From the NCBI GenBank assembly GCA_030038255.1, contig JASHPH010000170.1, forward strand, positions 4,204-68,203: 64,000 nt of DNA, in the 5' to 3' direction. Source of the stretch: Candidatus Sulfotelmatobacter sp. (GTDB lineage: Bacteria > Acidobacteriota > Terriglobia > Terriglobales > Acidobacteriaceae). Below the pieces are notes generated by a model. That model was given only the letters and a program-made list of their open reading frames with translations. It was not told the origin of the DNA and made no database searches. Position numbers and translations under genes: made by a program. Shown piece by piece: positions 47,418 to 56,739 of this stretch. Numbering within the stretch: the first letter of the stretch is position 1; each line of letters begins with the position of its first letter.

Positions 47418-47446
47418 GGCCATCTGGAGTGCCAAGAGCGAAACGG

Positions 47447-49258
47447 CTAGGCGGGAAATTCCCAGCCTTCTTCCTTCATTTTGCGATTGGTCCAGCGCTG
47501 GAGTTGTTCGAAGAGCGCGGGCTCGATGACAACGAAGCGCAGGCCAACGCGGCCTTCCTCACCGATCCACATCAATCGCGCCTTGGCCTGGAATGCGACA
47601 TCGCTGTCGGGCAGAACGAAACTGGCATCGAGCAGGCCAGAGAGGCGCAGCGGTTCCTTCACCTCGGCCAGTCCCATGCCTCCCGTGCTCAGATTCACTG
47701 CCTGCACCGAAACCTGCTCGCCCTTGGAATTTGTGATCGTGACAGGAATCTGAACGCGCGCGCGGAAAAATTTCTGCTGCTCGTTGCTGATGAAGCCGAG
47801 CGTGGCGGTGGTGTCTCCGGGAGCGAAGCTGATGTTGTATTCCTTGAGTTTGCGGCTGAGAGTACGGCGGGAAATGCCGAGTTGTTCGGCTGCCTGGCCG
47901 CGGTGTCCGCCGGTGCGCTCGAGGGCCTTGATGATCATCTGCTCTTCCATGCTGTCGAGGTTGCCGACCGGCATGGACGCAGTCTGACGAAGTGCAGCGG
48001 GTTCGCCCGTGAGCGCGCTGCTCAGGCGCGGGAAGTCAATTTCGGTCTCGGAGGACTCCATGGCGAGCTTCGCGACCAGGTTGCGCAGTTCGCGAATGTT
48101 CCCCGGCCACGCATGCGACAGTAGGGCGGAAATGGCCTGTGCGGAAAAATGTTTGCCTGCCGCTTTGAGACCCAGGAAGTGCTCGGCCAGCGCCACGATG
48201 TCTTCCGGCCTTTCGCGCAGCGGCGGAACGCGCAGATGAAACTGGCTCAGCCGGTGGAAAAGATCCTGGCGAAAGCGGCCTTCCGCGACCGCGGCTTCGA
48301 GATTCTGGTTGGTGGCCGCGACCACGCGGACGTCGACTTTGATCTTGCGGTGTCCGCCGAGACGATAGAACGGCTGGCCATCGAGTACGCGCAACAGCTT
48401 CACTTGCGTGTGCAGTTGCAATTCGCCGATTTCATCCAAGAATAAGGTGCCTTTGTCGGCCAGTTCGAAGAGACCAGGCTTCGACGAGTCGGCACCGCTG
48501 AACGCGCCTTTCTCATAGCCGAAGAGTTCGCTCTCGACCAGGTTCTCCGGCAGCGCGGCGCAGTTGATGTCGATCCACGGGTGGCTGCGGCGGTGCGACG
48601 ATTCGTGAATGGTGCGCGCAATGAGTTCTTTGCCGGTTCCGGTCTCACCTGTAATCAGGACGGTTTCTGAGTGCTCCGCAACACGATCCACCAGACCCAT
48701 GAACTTGTGCATGACCGGGCTGGCCAGAATGAACTGCGTGTCGTCGATTCTGCGAGAGGTAACGCCGGAGTTGGCGGTTTTTGTGCCGGCAGCCTGCGCT
48801 GCAGGAAGTGCGCCCGATGCCCGTTCCCTGGCGGGCCGAATGATGGCGACGATCGCGGAGGGACGGCCTGAGGAATCGCGAAGCAGTGTCGCCGTAAGGT
48901 CGATCGGAAAGCTACCGCCGGACTTGGGCCGCGCAAAAAGAGTTCCGTGATAATCGCCGTGCACTGTGACCGCCGTCAAAATTTGGTCACTTTTCTGGCC
49001 GCGTTCCGCATCGCCCTCCTCCGAACGAGCAAATGAAGCAGTAAAGCTCTTGCTCATCAGCTCTTTCGCCGAATACCCGAGGAGGTCCGCAAAAGCTTGA
49101 TTGCAGGCGTTGAAGGATCCTAAGGGGTCCGCGAAGCAGACGGCCATTTCCGTTGAGGCGTGGGGTGGGAGAACGCCCGGTCCGGCGGCGGGCACGGTGC
49201 CAGCTCGCGCGGGGCCGAGCGGGGAGCCCTGGTCCGAGTTGCGATTGGACGGCGGCAT
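47447..49258 (-). CDS. Sigma-54-dependent enhancer-binding protein: PAS - AAA+ - Fis-type HTH - C-terminal PilZ-like domain
   Basis: Walker [24 protein letters not shown] (GAFTGA variant), [22 protein letters not shown]. About 120 further residues follow, with [10 protein letters not shown]...NLSTGGMGL (PilZ-type N-x-S-x-x-G). Confidence 0.8.
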   Translation of the reverse strand: MPPSNRNSDQGSPLGPARAGTVPAAGPGVLPPHASTEMAVCFADPLGSFNACNQAFADLLGYSAKELMSKSFTASFARSEEGDAERGQKSDQILTAVTVHGDYHGTLFARPKSGGSFPIDLTATLLRDSSGRPSAIVAIIRPARERASGALPAAQAAGTKTANSGVTSRRIDDTQFILASPVMHKFMGLVDRVAEHSETVLITGETGTGKELIARTIHESSHRRSHPWIDINCAALPENLVESELFGYEKGAFSGADSSKPGLFELADKGTLFLDEIGELQLHTQVKLLRVLDGQPFYRLGGHRKIKVDVRVVAATNQNLEAAVAEGRFRQDLFHRLSQFHLRVPPLRERPEDIVALAEHFLGLKAAGKHFSAQAISALLSHAWPGNIRELRNLVAKLAMESSETEIDFPRLSSALTGEPAALRQTASMPVGNLDSMEEQMIIKALERTGGHRGQAAEQLGISRRTLSRKLKEYNISFAPGDTTATLGFISNEQQKFFRARVQIPVTITNSKGEQVSVQAVNLSTGGMGLAEVKEPLRLSGLLDASFVLPDSDVAFQAKARLMWIGEEGRVGLRFVVIEPALFEQLQRWTNRKMKEEGWEFPA

Positions 49259-49609
49259 TCAGGCGTTTGGAATTGATGTTGACACAGGGGAGGGCCTTCG
49301 ACCGAGAGACGCTTCAGGCGCTCGGTAACGAAGGTAATCCGTCGGCCTTCGAGCAGGAGAAGAAATTTCCCACACGGGCAGACCGAAATAGAGGGCATGG
49401 CGCGAACGGGCCATTACCTCGGTAAGCTTCTGACGGCCTGATCCTTGGCCTACGATTCCAGCAAGGCCCCGAGACGGAAGTGTGTCCGCGGGCCGGCACG
49501 GACCGCGGAGTCCGCGCACAGCGGATGATTTTGTCTTCGCTGGCGATAGCGAGGGCGTGGTTAAGTAACGCATTTCCAGGCTCGGAGGGCCGCAGCAGTC
49601 AAGGTGTAG

Positions 49610-52081
49610 ATGAAACTAGCGGCGGATGATCTCTCACTGAAGACCAAGGCCTTTGTCGCCGTCACCGTGTCGCTTGGCATTGTGGTGCTGGCGCTGGCGT
49701 TGCCGCACTGGCAGTCGCACGACCTGGCGCGATTCGTCTGTTACCTCCTGGTAGCGGTGCTGGCGTCGGGGTTGAAGGTGCAACTGCCGGGCATCGACGG
49801 CACGATGTCGGTGAATTTCCTGTTCATCCTGCTGGGCGTGCTGGAGTTGAGCCTCCCCGAGACGGTAGTCATCGGCTGCACCGCGAGCCTGGTGCAGAGC
49901 GTCTGGCAGCTGCGCAAGCGGCTCGATCCCATCAAAGTTCTTTTCAACGTAGCCGGCATGATGGCCAATGCCAGCGCGCTGACGTACGTCACTTACCACT
50001 GGCTCTCGGCCCGGGCCGGAGGGAACAGACCGTTTCTTCTGATGGTGGCGGCACTGGTGTTCTTCTTCGCCAACACCCTCCCCATCTCAATGGTGATCGC
50101 GCTGACCGAGGCCAAGTCTGCACGCCGGGTGTGGTCCGAGTGCTACTTCTGGTCGTTCCCTTACTACCTCGTGGGAGCAGCGGCGGTGGGGTTGGTGGGG
50201 TTCATCAACCGCTCGGCTGGTTGGGAAACTTCGCTGCTGGTGCTGCCGTTGATCTATTGGGTCTACCGCTCGTACCGACAGTATTTAGGTCGCCTCGAAG
50301 CTGAGAAACAGTGGGTGGAAGTGGAGAAACGCCATGTTGAGGAAATCGCCTCGCTGAACATGCGGACGATTGAAGCGCTTGCGCTGGCCATTGAGGCCAA
50401 GGATCACACGACGCACACCCACTTGCAGAGGGTGCGCACGTATGCGCTGGAAGTCGCCAAGGAGTTGAATCTTCCGGAACACGAGACGGAGGCCCTGCGT
50501 GCGGCGGCCTTGCTGCACGACATCGGAAAACTGGCCGTGCCCGAACAGATCATCAACAAGCCAGGGAAGTTGACGCCGGAAGAATTCGAGAAGATGAAAG
50601 TGCATCCGCTGGTAGGGGCGGAGATTCTCGAGCGAGTTGCATTTCCCTACCCTGTTGCCCCGATTGTGCGTTCGCACCACGAAAGATGGGATGGCACGGG
50701 ATATCCGGAAGGATTGGCAGGCGAGCAAATTCCCATGGGGGCGCGCATTCTGGCCGCCGTTGACTGCCTGGACGCGCTCGCGTCGGACCGGCAATATCGC
50801 CCGGCGCTGCCGGTCGCCGAGGCGATGTCACGGCTGAGGGAACGCGCAGGAAGCTGGTTCGACCCACAAGTTGTCGAAGTGCTCGAGCGGCGCTACCAGG
50901 AACTGGAGCATCTGGCCAAGACGAACGAGGAGTCCGTTGCGCCGCAGGGACTTTCGAGAGCGGTGCGGGTGGAGCGGGGCATGGCGCCCGCGGCAGGATT
51001 CGAGCGTTCGGAGCCGCTGAGCGGACCGGACAACTCGGACTTTCTGTCTCAGATCGCTTCTGCGCGCCAGGAAGCGCAAACCATGTTCGAACTGAGCCAG
51101 GATCTAGGCGTGTCGCTCAGCCTGAGCGAGACGTTGTCGGTGCTCTCCATGCGGCTGCGCAGGATGATCCCGTACGACTCGATCGCGGTGTTCGTCAATC
51201 GCAATGGCTGGCTGCTGCCGGAACTGGTGAGCGGGGAAAACTTCCGCGCCTTGTCGTCGTTGAAAATCCGCGTGGGCGAGGGCCTGTGCGGATGGGTCGC
51301 AGAAAACTGCAAGCCGATTGTGAACGGAAATCCGGAAGTCGAGGCCGGTTACGTCGTCGACCGCGACAAGCCCGCTGCGTTGCAATCGGCGCTGGCCGTG
51401 CCGCTCGAGGGCCTCAACGGAGTGGTCGGCGTGCTGGCCATGTATCACGCCAATCGCGACGCGTTTACGCCCGACCACCTGAGAATCCTGCTGGCGGTGG
51501 CGTCGAAGGTAGCGATGTCGGTGGAGAACGCGCTCAAGTATCAGCAGGCGGAAAGTTCCGCCACTACCGACTATCTTACGGGCCTGCCCAACGCGCGTTC
51601 GCTTTTTGTGCACCTGGCACTGGAAGTGGCGCGGAGCCGGCGCATGAAGACTCCGTTGGCGGTGATGGTGTGCGACATCGACGGATTCAAGCAGATCAAC
51701 GATTCCTTCGGACACGTCGAAGGCGACAAATTACTGCGCGAGTTCAGCACGCGGCTGAAAGAGGCTTGCCGCGGCTACGACTACGTGGCGCGCATGGGTG
51801 GAGACGAATTTGTGATCACCGCGCCGGGACTGACGTTCGAAGCGGCTCAGGAAAAAGCGCACCGGCTCAATCAGGCAGCCATCGAGGCAGGAAGACACGT
51901 CTGCGGGCGCGACCTCATCACGCTCAGCGTGGGAACGGTGTTCTGTCCGGAGGATGGATTTGACGTGGAGCGCCTGCTGGCCGAAGCCGATCGCCGGATG
52001 TACGCGATGAAGCAGACGCACCACGCGGAAACCGCTGCGCGCGAGCAGGAGTTGAAAGTGCGCGGGGCGTCTGTGAGATAA
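49610..52081 (+). CDS. Membrane-anchored c-di-GMP turnover protein: polytopic N-terminal sensor module - HD-GYP - GAF - GGDEF
   Basis: About 220 aa of TM helices. HDIGKLAVPE...HHERWDGTGYPEGL (HD-GYP), a GAF-like region (GEGLCGWVAEN...), RGYD-x5-GGDEF (I-site plus an intact GGDEF). Confidence 0.85.
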   Translation: MKLAADDLSLKTKAFVAVTVSLGIVVLALALPHWQSHDLARFVCYLLVAVLASGLKVQLPGIDGTMSVNFLFILLGVLELSLPETVVIGCTASLVQSVWQLRKRLDPIKVLFNVAGMMANASALTYVTYHWLSARAGGNRPFLLMVAALVFFFANTLPISMVIALTEAKSARRVWSECYFWSFPYYLVGAAAVGLVGFINRSAGWETSLLVLPLIYWVYRSYRQYLGRLEAEKQWVEVEKRHVEEIASLNMRTIEALALAIEAKDHTTHTHLQRVRTYALEVAKELNLPEHETEALRAAALLHDIGKLAVPEQIINKPGKLTPEEFEKMKVHPLVGAEILERVAFPYPVAPIVRSHHERWDGTGYPEGLAGEQIPMGARILAAVDCLDALASDRQYRPALPVAEAMSRLRERAGSWFDPQVVEVLERRYQELEHLAKTNEESVAPQGLSRAVRVERGMAPAAGFERSEPLSGPDNSDFLSQIASARQEAQTMFELSQDLGVSLSLSETLSVLSMRLRRMIPYDSIAVFVNRNGWLLPELVSGENFRALSSLKIRVGEGLCGWVAENCKPIVNGNPEVEAGYVVDRDKPAALQSALAVPLEGLNGVVGVLAMYHANRDAFTPDHLRILLAVASKVAMSVENALKYQQAESSATTDYLTGLPNARSLFVHLALEVARSRRMKTPLAVMVCDIDGFKQINDSFGHVEGDKLLREFSTRLKEACRGYDYVARMGGDEFVITAPGLTFEAAQEKAHRLNQAAIEAGRHVCGRDLITLSVGTVFCPEDGFDVERLLAEADRRMYAMKQTHHAETAAREQELKVRGASVR

Positions 52082-52084
52082 ACC

Positions 52085-52981
52085 ATGGCAAGGCACAAAG
52101 AACTCGCATCCAGCCCCATCCTGCAAAGAATCGCGCGCCACGGTTTGGCCTTGGTGGCGACCGTTTTGCTGGGAGGATTCCTGGCGGCGGTTCTGGTCCG
52201 GTTGGCGCCGGGCTTCGACGTCGATGAACAGCAACTGGATCCGCGCCTGAACGCCGAAAGTGTCCATGCGCTCGTTCAAGCGCGGGCCGCACAGCAGAAC
52301 ATCTTCTCATTCTATTTTCACTCCCTTGAGCGTGCCGTGCACGGCGATCTTGGAACTTCGATTTCCCTGGGTCAGCCTATAAGCGCTCTGCTACGAGACC
52401 GCGCTCCGCTCACACTGAGACTGGTGGCGCTGGGGCTGCTGCTGAGTTGGACGGCTGCAATGGCGTTAGCTCTCAGCGCAGCGTGGCTGCGTGTTTCGGC
52501 CTACGATGCGCTGACCACGGTGCTGAGCGGAACTTTTCTTTGTATTCCTGCAGCCGTGCTGGCGCTGTTGTCCGTGCTGTGGAACGTGCCCGGCGCGTTG
52601 GCCATCGCGCTGATCGTGTTTCCGCGGGTTCACCGCTATGCGCGGAATCTTCTGGCGAAGGCTTACAGCCTGCCTCACATTATTACGGCGCGCGCCAAGG
52701 GCTTATGCGAGTCGAGGATTCTGTTTTGGCATGTGGTTCCGGTCGTTGCACCGCAGTTGCTGGCCGTGGCCGGAGTTTCGGTGAGCACCGCGGTCGGCGC
52801 GGCCATTCCCGTAGAAGCATTGTGCGGGCTGGCCGGAGTTGGACAGCTGGCGTGGCAGGCAGCGCTGGCGCGCGATCTTCCCTTGCTGATGAACGTCACG
52901 ATTCTCGTGACGCTGGTAACCTTGCTGGCCAATTCCGGGGCCGATTTAATCGGACGTGTGCTGCGGAGTGAGGAAGCATGA
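52085..52981 (+). CDS. ABC transporter permease (peptide/nickel, DppB/OppB-like)
   Basis: 298 aa with 6 TM helices and an EAA-type loop (ARAKGLCESRILFWHVVP). Starts 3 nt after the upstream stop. Confidence 0.75.
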   Translation: MARHKELASSPILQRIARHGLALVATVLLGGFLAAVLVRLAPGFDVDEQQLDPRLNAESVHALVQARAAQQNIFSFYFHSLERAVHGDLGTSISLGQPISALLRDRAPLTLRLVALGLLLSWTAAMALALSAAWLRVSAYDALTTVLSGTFLCIPAAVLALLSVLWNVPGALAIALIVFPRVHRYARNLLAKAYSLPHIITARAKGLCESRILFWHVVPVVAPQLLAVAGVSVSTAVGAAIPVEALCGLAGVGQLAWQAALARDLPLLMNVTILVTLVTLLANSGADLIGRVLRSEEA

Positions 52982-53802
52982 GGCTGCTCCGCACCAATGC
53001 GTGGCGCACGCTGGCGTGTGCGGTTTTGCTGTTGGTCGTTAGTGTGTCGCTGGCCGCGAATTGGCTCGCGCCTGGGGGATATGCAAAGCAGTATCGCGAG
53101 GCCGCAGATGCGGCTCCTTCGCGGCAGCACTGGCTGGGAACGGATGAAATCGGCCGCGACCGGTTTGCCCGTGTTCTATACGGCACGAGGATTTCACTCT
53201 TGCTGGCGCCAGCTGCGGCGCTGCTATCGAGCCTGATGGCCGCGCTGATCGGCGGGCTGGCGGGTTATCTGGGCGGTGCGTGGGCGCGGGCAGCAATGGC
53301 AGTGACGGATTTGTTTCTCTCACTGCCCTGGCTGTTTTTATTGATCACGGTTCGAGCGGTGATGCCGCTGAACGTATCGCCGCTGGCTTCCGTGCTGGTG
53401 ACGTTTCTCTTGTTGGGGCTTCTCGGGTGGACCAGCGCGGCGCGGGTTCTGTGCGCGACGGCTGGATTGCTGCGGGACTCCGATTTCGTGCGGCAGGCAC
53501 GCGCGTCGGGAGTCCGCGCATCGCGGTTGTTCTGGGTGCATGTGCTGCCCAATCTGAAGCCGGTGCTGTATGCGCAATTTTGGATTTCGATTCCGGTGTT
53601 CATTTTGAGCGAGGCGAACCTGGGAATTCTGGGACTGGGCGTCGCCGAGCCGTTGCCGTCGTGGGGAAGTTTGTTGAAGGAGTTGGAAGGTTTGGTTTCA
53701 GTAGGCGAGGAACCGTGGAAGTTCGTTCCTCTGGTGCTGCTGGTCGTGGTCGTAACGTCGTTTCAATTTTTGCTTTCCGAGCAGGAGCAGGCGGCCACTT
53801 AA
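52978..53802 (+). CDS. ABC transporter permease (DppC/OppC-like)
   Basis: ATGA overlap with the upstream gene. HWLGTDEIGRDRFARVLYG and ARASGVRASRLFWVHVLPN motifs. Confidence 0.8.
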   Translation: MRLLRTNAWRTLACAVLLLVVSVSLAANWLAPGGYAKQYREAADAAPSRQHWLGTDEIGRDRFARVLYGTRISLLLAPAAALLSSLMAALIGGLAGYLGGAWARAAMAVTDLFLSLPWLFLLITVRAVMPLNVSPLASVLVTFLLLGLLGWTSAARVLCATAGLLRDSDFVRQARASGVRASRLFWVHVLPNLKPVLYAQFWISIPVFILSEANLGILGLGVAEPLPSWGSLLKELEGLVSVGEEPWKFVPLVLLVVVVTSFQFLLSEQEQAAT

Positions 53803-53824
53803 GCCGCCGGAGAGGTCGGCAGTC

Positions 53825-55474
53825 ATGGCAGTGAAGTCGAAAACAACCATTCTTGTTTCAACGCTCCGGGTTTCGGCACTGTGCCTATTTCTAGCTGGAT
53901 TCGCAGCGGCGCAGGGCGGAGGCGAACTGCGGTTTTGCCTGCATTCAGAGCCGAAAACATTTGATCCGCTGCAAGTGGAAGACGATGCCTCGGTGTCGAT
54001 CCGGTATTTAACCGGCGGCGTGTTGCTTCGCATCAACCGGCAGACGCAGGCGCTGGAGCCGGAACTGGCGCAGTCATGGAAAGTTTCGAAGGATGCGAAG
54101 CAGATCACGTTCAAGCTGCGCAGCGGGATTTCGTTCTCCGATGGCACGCCGTTTTCGGCTGCAGATGTCGCTTACACCCTGCGGCAGCTGATGGATCCGG
54201 CATTGCACTCTCCTACCGGAGACTCCTTCCGATCTGGCCCGGGCGAGGTGGAAACACGAATCATTTCTCCAACCGAGATTTCGATCACATTCCCCGCACC
54301 GGTGGCCGGTCTCGACCGGCAGTTCGATCAGGTTGCCATTCTCTCGGCGCATTCGCCGAAAAAAGAAATGGCGGTGCTCGGGCCGTTCATGGTCTCCGAT
54401 TACAAACCCGGAGCAACTGTGCTGCTCGTGCGCAATCCGAACTACTGGAAGACGGATGCGCAAGGCAAGAAGCTGCCTTATCTCGATTCGATCCGGTTAG
54501 ATATTCAGCCTAATCGCGACGTGGAAATGTTGCGCTTCCGGCGTGGAGAAGTGGATCTGATCAATTCGCTGGACAGCGAGTATTTCGACAAGCTGTGGCA
54601 GACCGCTCCGCAGGTCGTGCACGACGCGGGGCCGTCGCTCGACAGCGAGCAGATGTGGTTCAACCAGGTCGAGAAGTCTCCGCTGCCTGCGTATAAGAAG
54701 ACCTGGTTCCGCTCGGCGGCTTTTCGCCGTGCGATTTCGAAGGCGATCAACCGCGATGATCTGAGCCGCGTGGTATTTCGCGGACACGCGCAACCGGCGG
54801 TCGGGCCCATCTCGCCGGCCAACAAATTCTGGTTCAACGCGAAGTTGAGCCCCGCAACGTATTCGCCCGATACCGCGCTGAAAGCCCTGCAGGGTGAAGG
54901 CTTCCGGCTGCAGAACGGCACGCTGAAAGATAAAGACGGCAACGACGTTGTTTTCTCGATCATCACCAACTCGGACAATAAGTACCGCGAGCGCATGGCC
55001 ACGATGATTCAGGAAGACCTTGGGAAGATCGGAATCAAAGTGAACGTGGTCACGCTCGACTTCCCTTCCCTGATCGAGCGCATGACGCAGACGTTTGACT
55101 ACGAAGCGATCCTGCTCGGGCTGACGAATACCGGTCTCGATCCGAACGAGCAGATGAACGTGTGGCTGAGTTCATCGGAGAATCATCAATGGAATCCGTC
55201 GGAGAAGGCTCCAGAAACCGCGTGGGAAGCCGAGATTGACAAGCTGATGCGCGAGCAAGCGTCTTCCGCCGATCCGAAGACGCGCAAGAAAGCCTTCGAT
55301 CGTGTGCAGGAGATCGTGGTGGAGCAGGCGCCGTTCATCTATCTGGTGAACCGCAATGCTTTGTCGGCGATTGCGGCCGAAGTGCAGGGGGCGAGCCCGG
55401 TCATTCTCTCGCCGCAGACATTCTGGAATGCGGAGCGGCTGGAAGTGAAGGGAGAGCGACTGGCGCTGAAATAA
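53825..55474 (+). CDS. ABC transporter substrate-binding protein, family 5 (peptide/nickel type)
   Basis: Signal peptide; 549 aa. ...RNPNYWK...PYLDSI...I.PN typical SBP_bac_5 strings. Confidence 0.8.
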   Translation: MAVKSKTTILVSTLRVSALCLFLAGFAAAQGGGELRFCLHSEPKTFDPLQVEDDASVSIRYLTGGVLLRINRQTQALEPELAQSWKVSKDAKQITFKLRSGISFSDGTPFSAADVAYTLRQLMDPALHSPTGDSFRSGPGEVETRIISPTEISITFPAPVAGLDRQFDQVAILSAHSPKKEMAVLGPFMVSDYKPGATVLLVRNPNYWKTDAQGKKLPYLDSIRLDIQPNRDVEMLRFRRGEVDLINSLDSEYFDKLWQTAPQVVHDAGPSLDSEQMWFNQVEKSPLPAYKKTWFRSAAFRRAISKAINRDDLSRVVFRGHAQPAVGPISPANKFWFNAKLSPATYSPDTALKALQGEGFRLQNGTLKDKDGNDVVFSIITNSDNKYRERMATMIQEDLGKIGIKVNVVTLDFPSLIERMTQTFDYEAILLGLTNTGLDPNEQMNVWLSSSENHQWNPSEKAPETAWEAEIDKLMREQASSADPKTRKKAFDRVQEIVVEQAPFIYLVNRNALSAIAAEVQGASPVILSPQTFWNAERLEVKGERLALK

Positions 55475-55541
55475 AGCGGCTTCTCGACCGCTGGAACTCT
55501 TCGGAGAACGCGCAAGATTTCAGCGGACAAAATCGCCGAAG

Positions 55542-56390
55542 ATGAACTCTTCCTCGCAATCCTCTGACGTTCTGCTGGCAGCGCGGATTTCCGTCCGCTA
55601 TGGCGACAAGCCTGCCGTGCTGCGCGACGTGGAACTCGACCTTCGCACAGGAGAAGTGCTCGGACTTGTAGGCCAAAGCGGCTCCGGCAAGAGCACGCTC
55701 GCGATGACGATCCTTGGGCTGCTCGATCGGAAGCGGGCGCAGGTCGAAGGCACCATCCAGTTCTTGGGCCACAATCTGGTCGGCCTCAGCGAAAGCGAGT
55801 TGCGTGAACTGCGTGGGCGAAAGATCGCGCTGGTCCTGCAGAGCCCTTTGTCATCGTTGAATCCGGCGCTGAAAATCAGGACCCAGTTGAAGGAAGCATG
55901 GAAGGCGCATGCTTCCGGGACGGCTCCCGAGTGCGACACCGCGATTGAAAATGCACTGAAGAGTGTGAGCCTGTCCGCGAGCGATGAATTCCTCAGGAAA
56001 TATCCGTCGCAGATGAGCGTGGGCCAGGCGCAGCGGGTGCTGATCGCCATGGCCATCCTGCACCGCCCGGCGTTGCTCATCGCCGACGAAGCCACCAGCG
56101 CGCTCGATGTAATCACGCAGTCGGAAATTCTCGCGCTGTTTCGCGAACTCAATCGCACGACCAGCATGGCCATTCTCTACATCTCGCACGACCTCGCGTC
56201 GGTGGCGGGAATCTGCGACCGGATCGCAATTCTGCACGAAGGGCAGATCCTTGAACTGGCCGCTGCGCAGCAGGTTCTGACGAATCCGCAGCACGAATAC
56301 ACGCAAAGGCTAATGGCGGCACTGCCGCGCGTGCCACAGCCACAAACCGTCTCGCCGCAAAGCAGTGCGGCCGCGGCCGGGAGGAAATAG
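55542..56390 (+). CDS. ABC transporter ATP-binding protein (DppD/OppD-like); the only ATPase of the set
   Basis: Walker A GQSGSGKST, signature SVGQAQRV, Walker B LLIADEATSALD. Confidence 0.85.
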   Translation: MNSSSQSSDVLLAARISVRYGDKPAVLRDVELDLRTGEVLGLVGQSGSGKSTLAMTILGLLDRKRAQVEGTIQFLGHNLVGLSESELRELRGRKIALVLQSPLSSLNPALKIRTQLKEAWKAHASGTAPECDTAIENALKSVSLSASDEFLRKYPSQMSVGQAQRVLIAMAILHRPALLIADEATSALDVITQSEILALFRELNRTTSMAILYISHDLASVAGICDRIAILHEGQILELAAAQQVLTNPQHEYTQRLMAALPRVPQPQTVSPQSSAAAAGRK

Positions 56391-56547
56391 CTTCCGAGCT
56401 TCTCAGCACCCACTCATTTCGCACTCACCCCGCGGAATAACCTGCAACGTAGAGCCGCGGCCTAATGTCGCGTCTCGCCGCCCCTCACTTCCCTGCTCGC
56501 CCCATTCGTCACCAGCAAATGAAACTGAGGTCATGAAGCTATCGCGT

Positions 56548-56592
56548 GGGACAGACTGTCCCATGCCCACGCGGGCGGGACAGACTGGCCCA
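56548..56592. promoter_or_regulatory. Two copies of GGGACAGACTG(T/G)CCC 30 bp apart; the first is a 7-N1-7 palindrome
   Basis: 56548-56562 is GGGACAGACTGTCCC, nested in CGTGGG...CCCACG. 56578-56592 is GGGACAGACTGGCCC. Both lie 150-190 bp upstream of the S8 peptidase start. Confidence 0.4.
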
Positions 56593-56739
56593 AACAAACC
56601 AGTGAATAACCACCCAATCTCCAATGGATTCAATTACTTTCACGATCTGAATTGGCGTATGCCGTGCAACAGGAATGGCGTACGGTGCGCGATCTTTACC
56701 CCGTACGTTTCAGTAAGTAAGCAAGAAAGGGTGAGATTT

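Noticed and set aside
47427-47442. Sigma-54 promoter-like TGGCAC-N5-ATGGC on the ccp strand
   Set aside because: I did not call it as a feature. The -24 half is perfect, but the conserved -12 GC falls one base out of register (GG-N11-GC instead of GG-N10-GC). It is kept only as a low-priority note in the findings.
49259-49609. Possible c-di-GMP riboswitch or sigma-54 promoter in the 351-bp divergent spacer between the EBP and the HD-GYP/GGDEF gene
   Set aside because: I could not recognise GEMM-I/II consensus elements or a TGGCAC-N5-TTGC box by eye, only short GC-rich palindromes built on CCGCGG. An Infernal/Rfam scan would be needed for a decision.
56365-56739. 125-aa N-terminal extension of the S8 peptidase ORF
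   Set aside because: The extension is Pro/Arg/Ser-rich and overlaps the ABC ATPase 3' end. The ATG at 56740 is followed by a basic n-region and hydrophobic signal sequence. The palindromic boxes would otherwise fall inside coding sequence.
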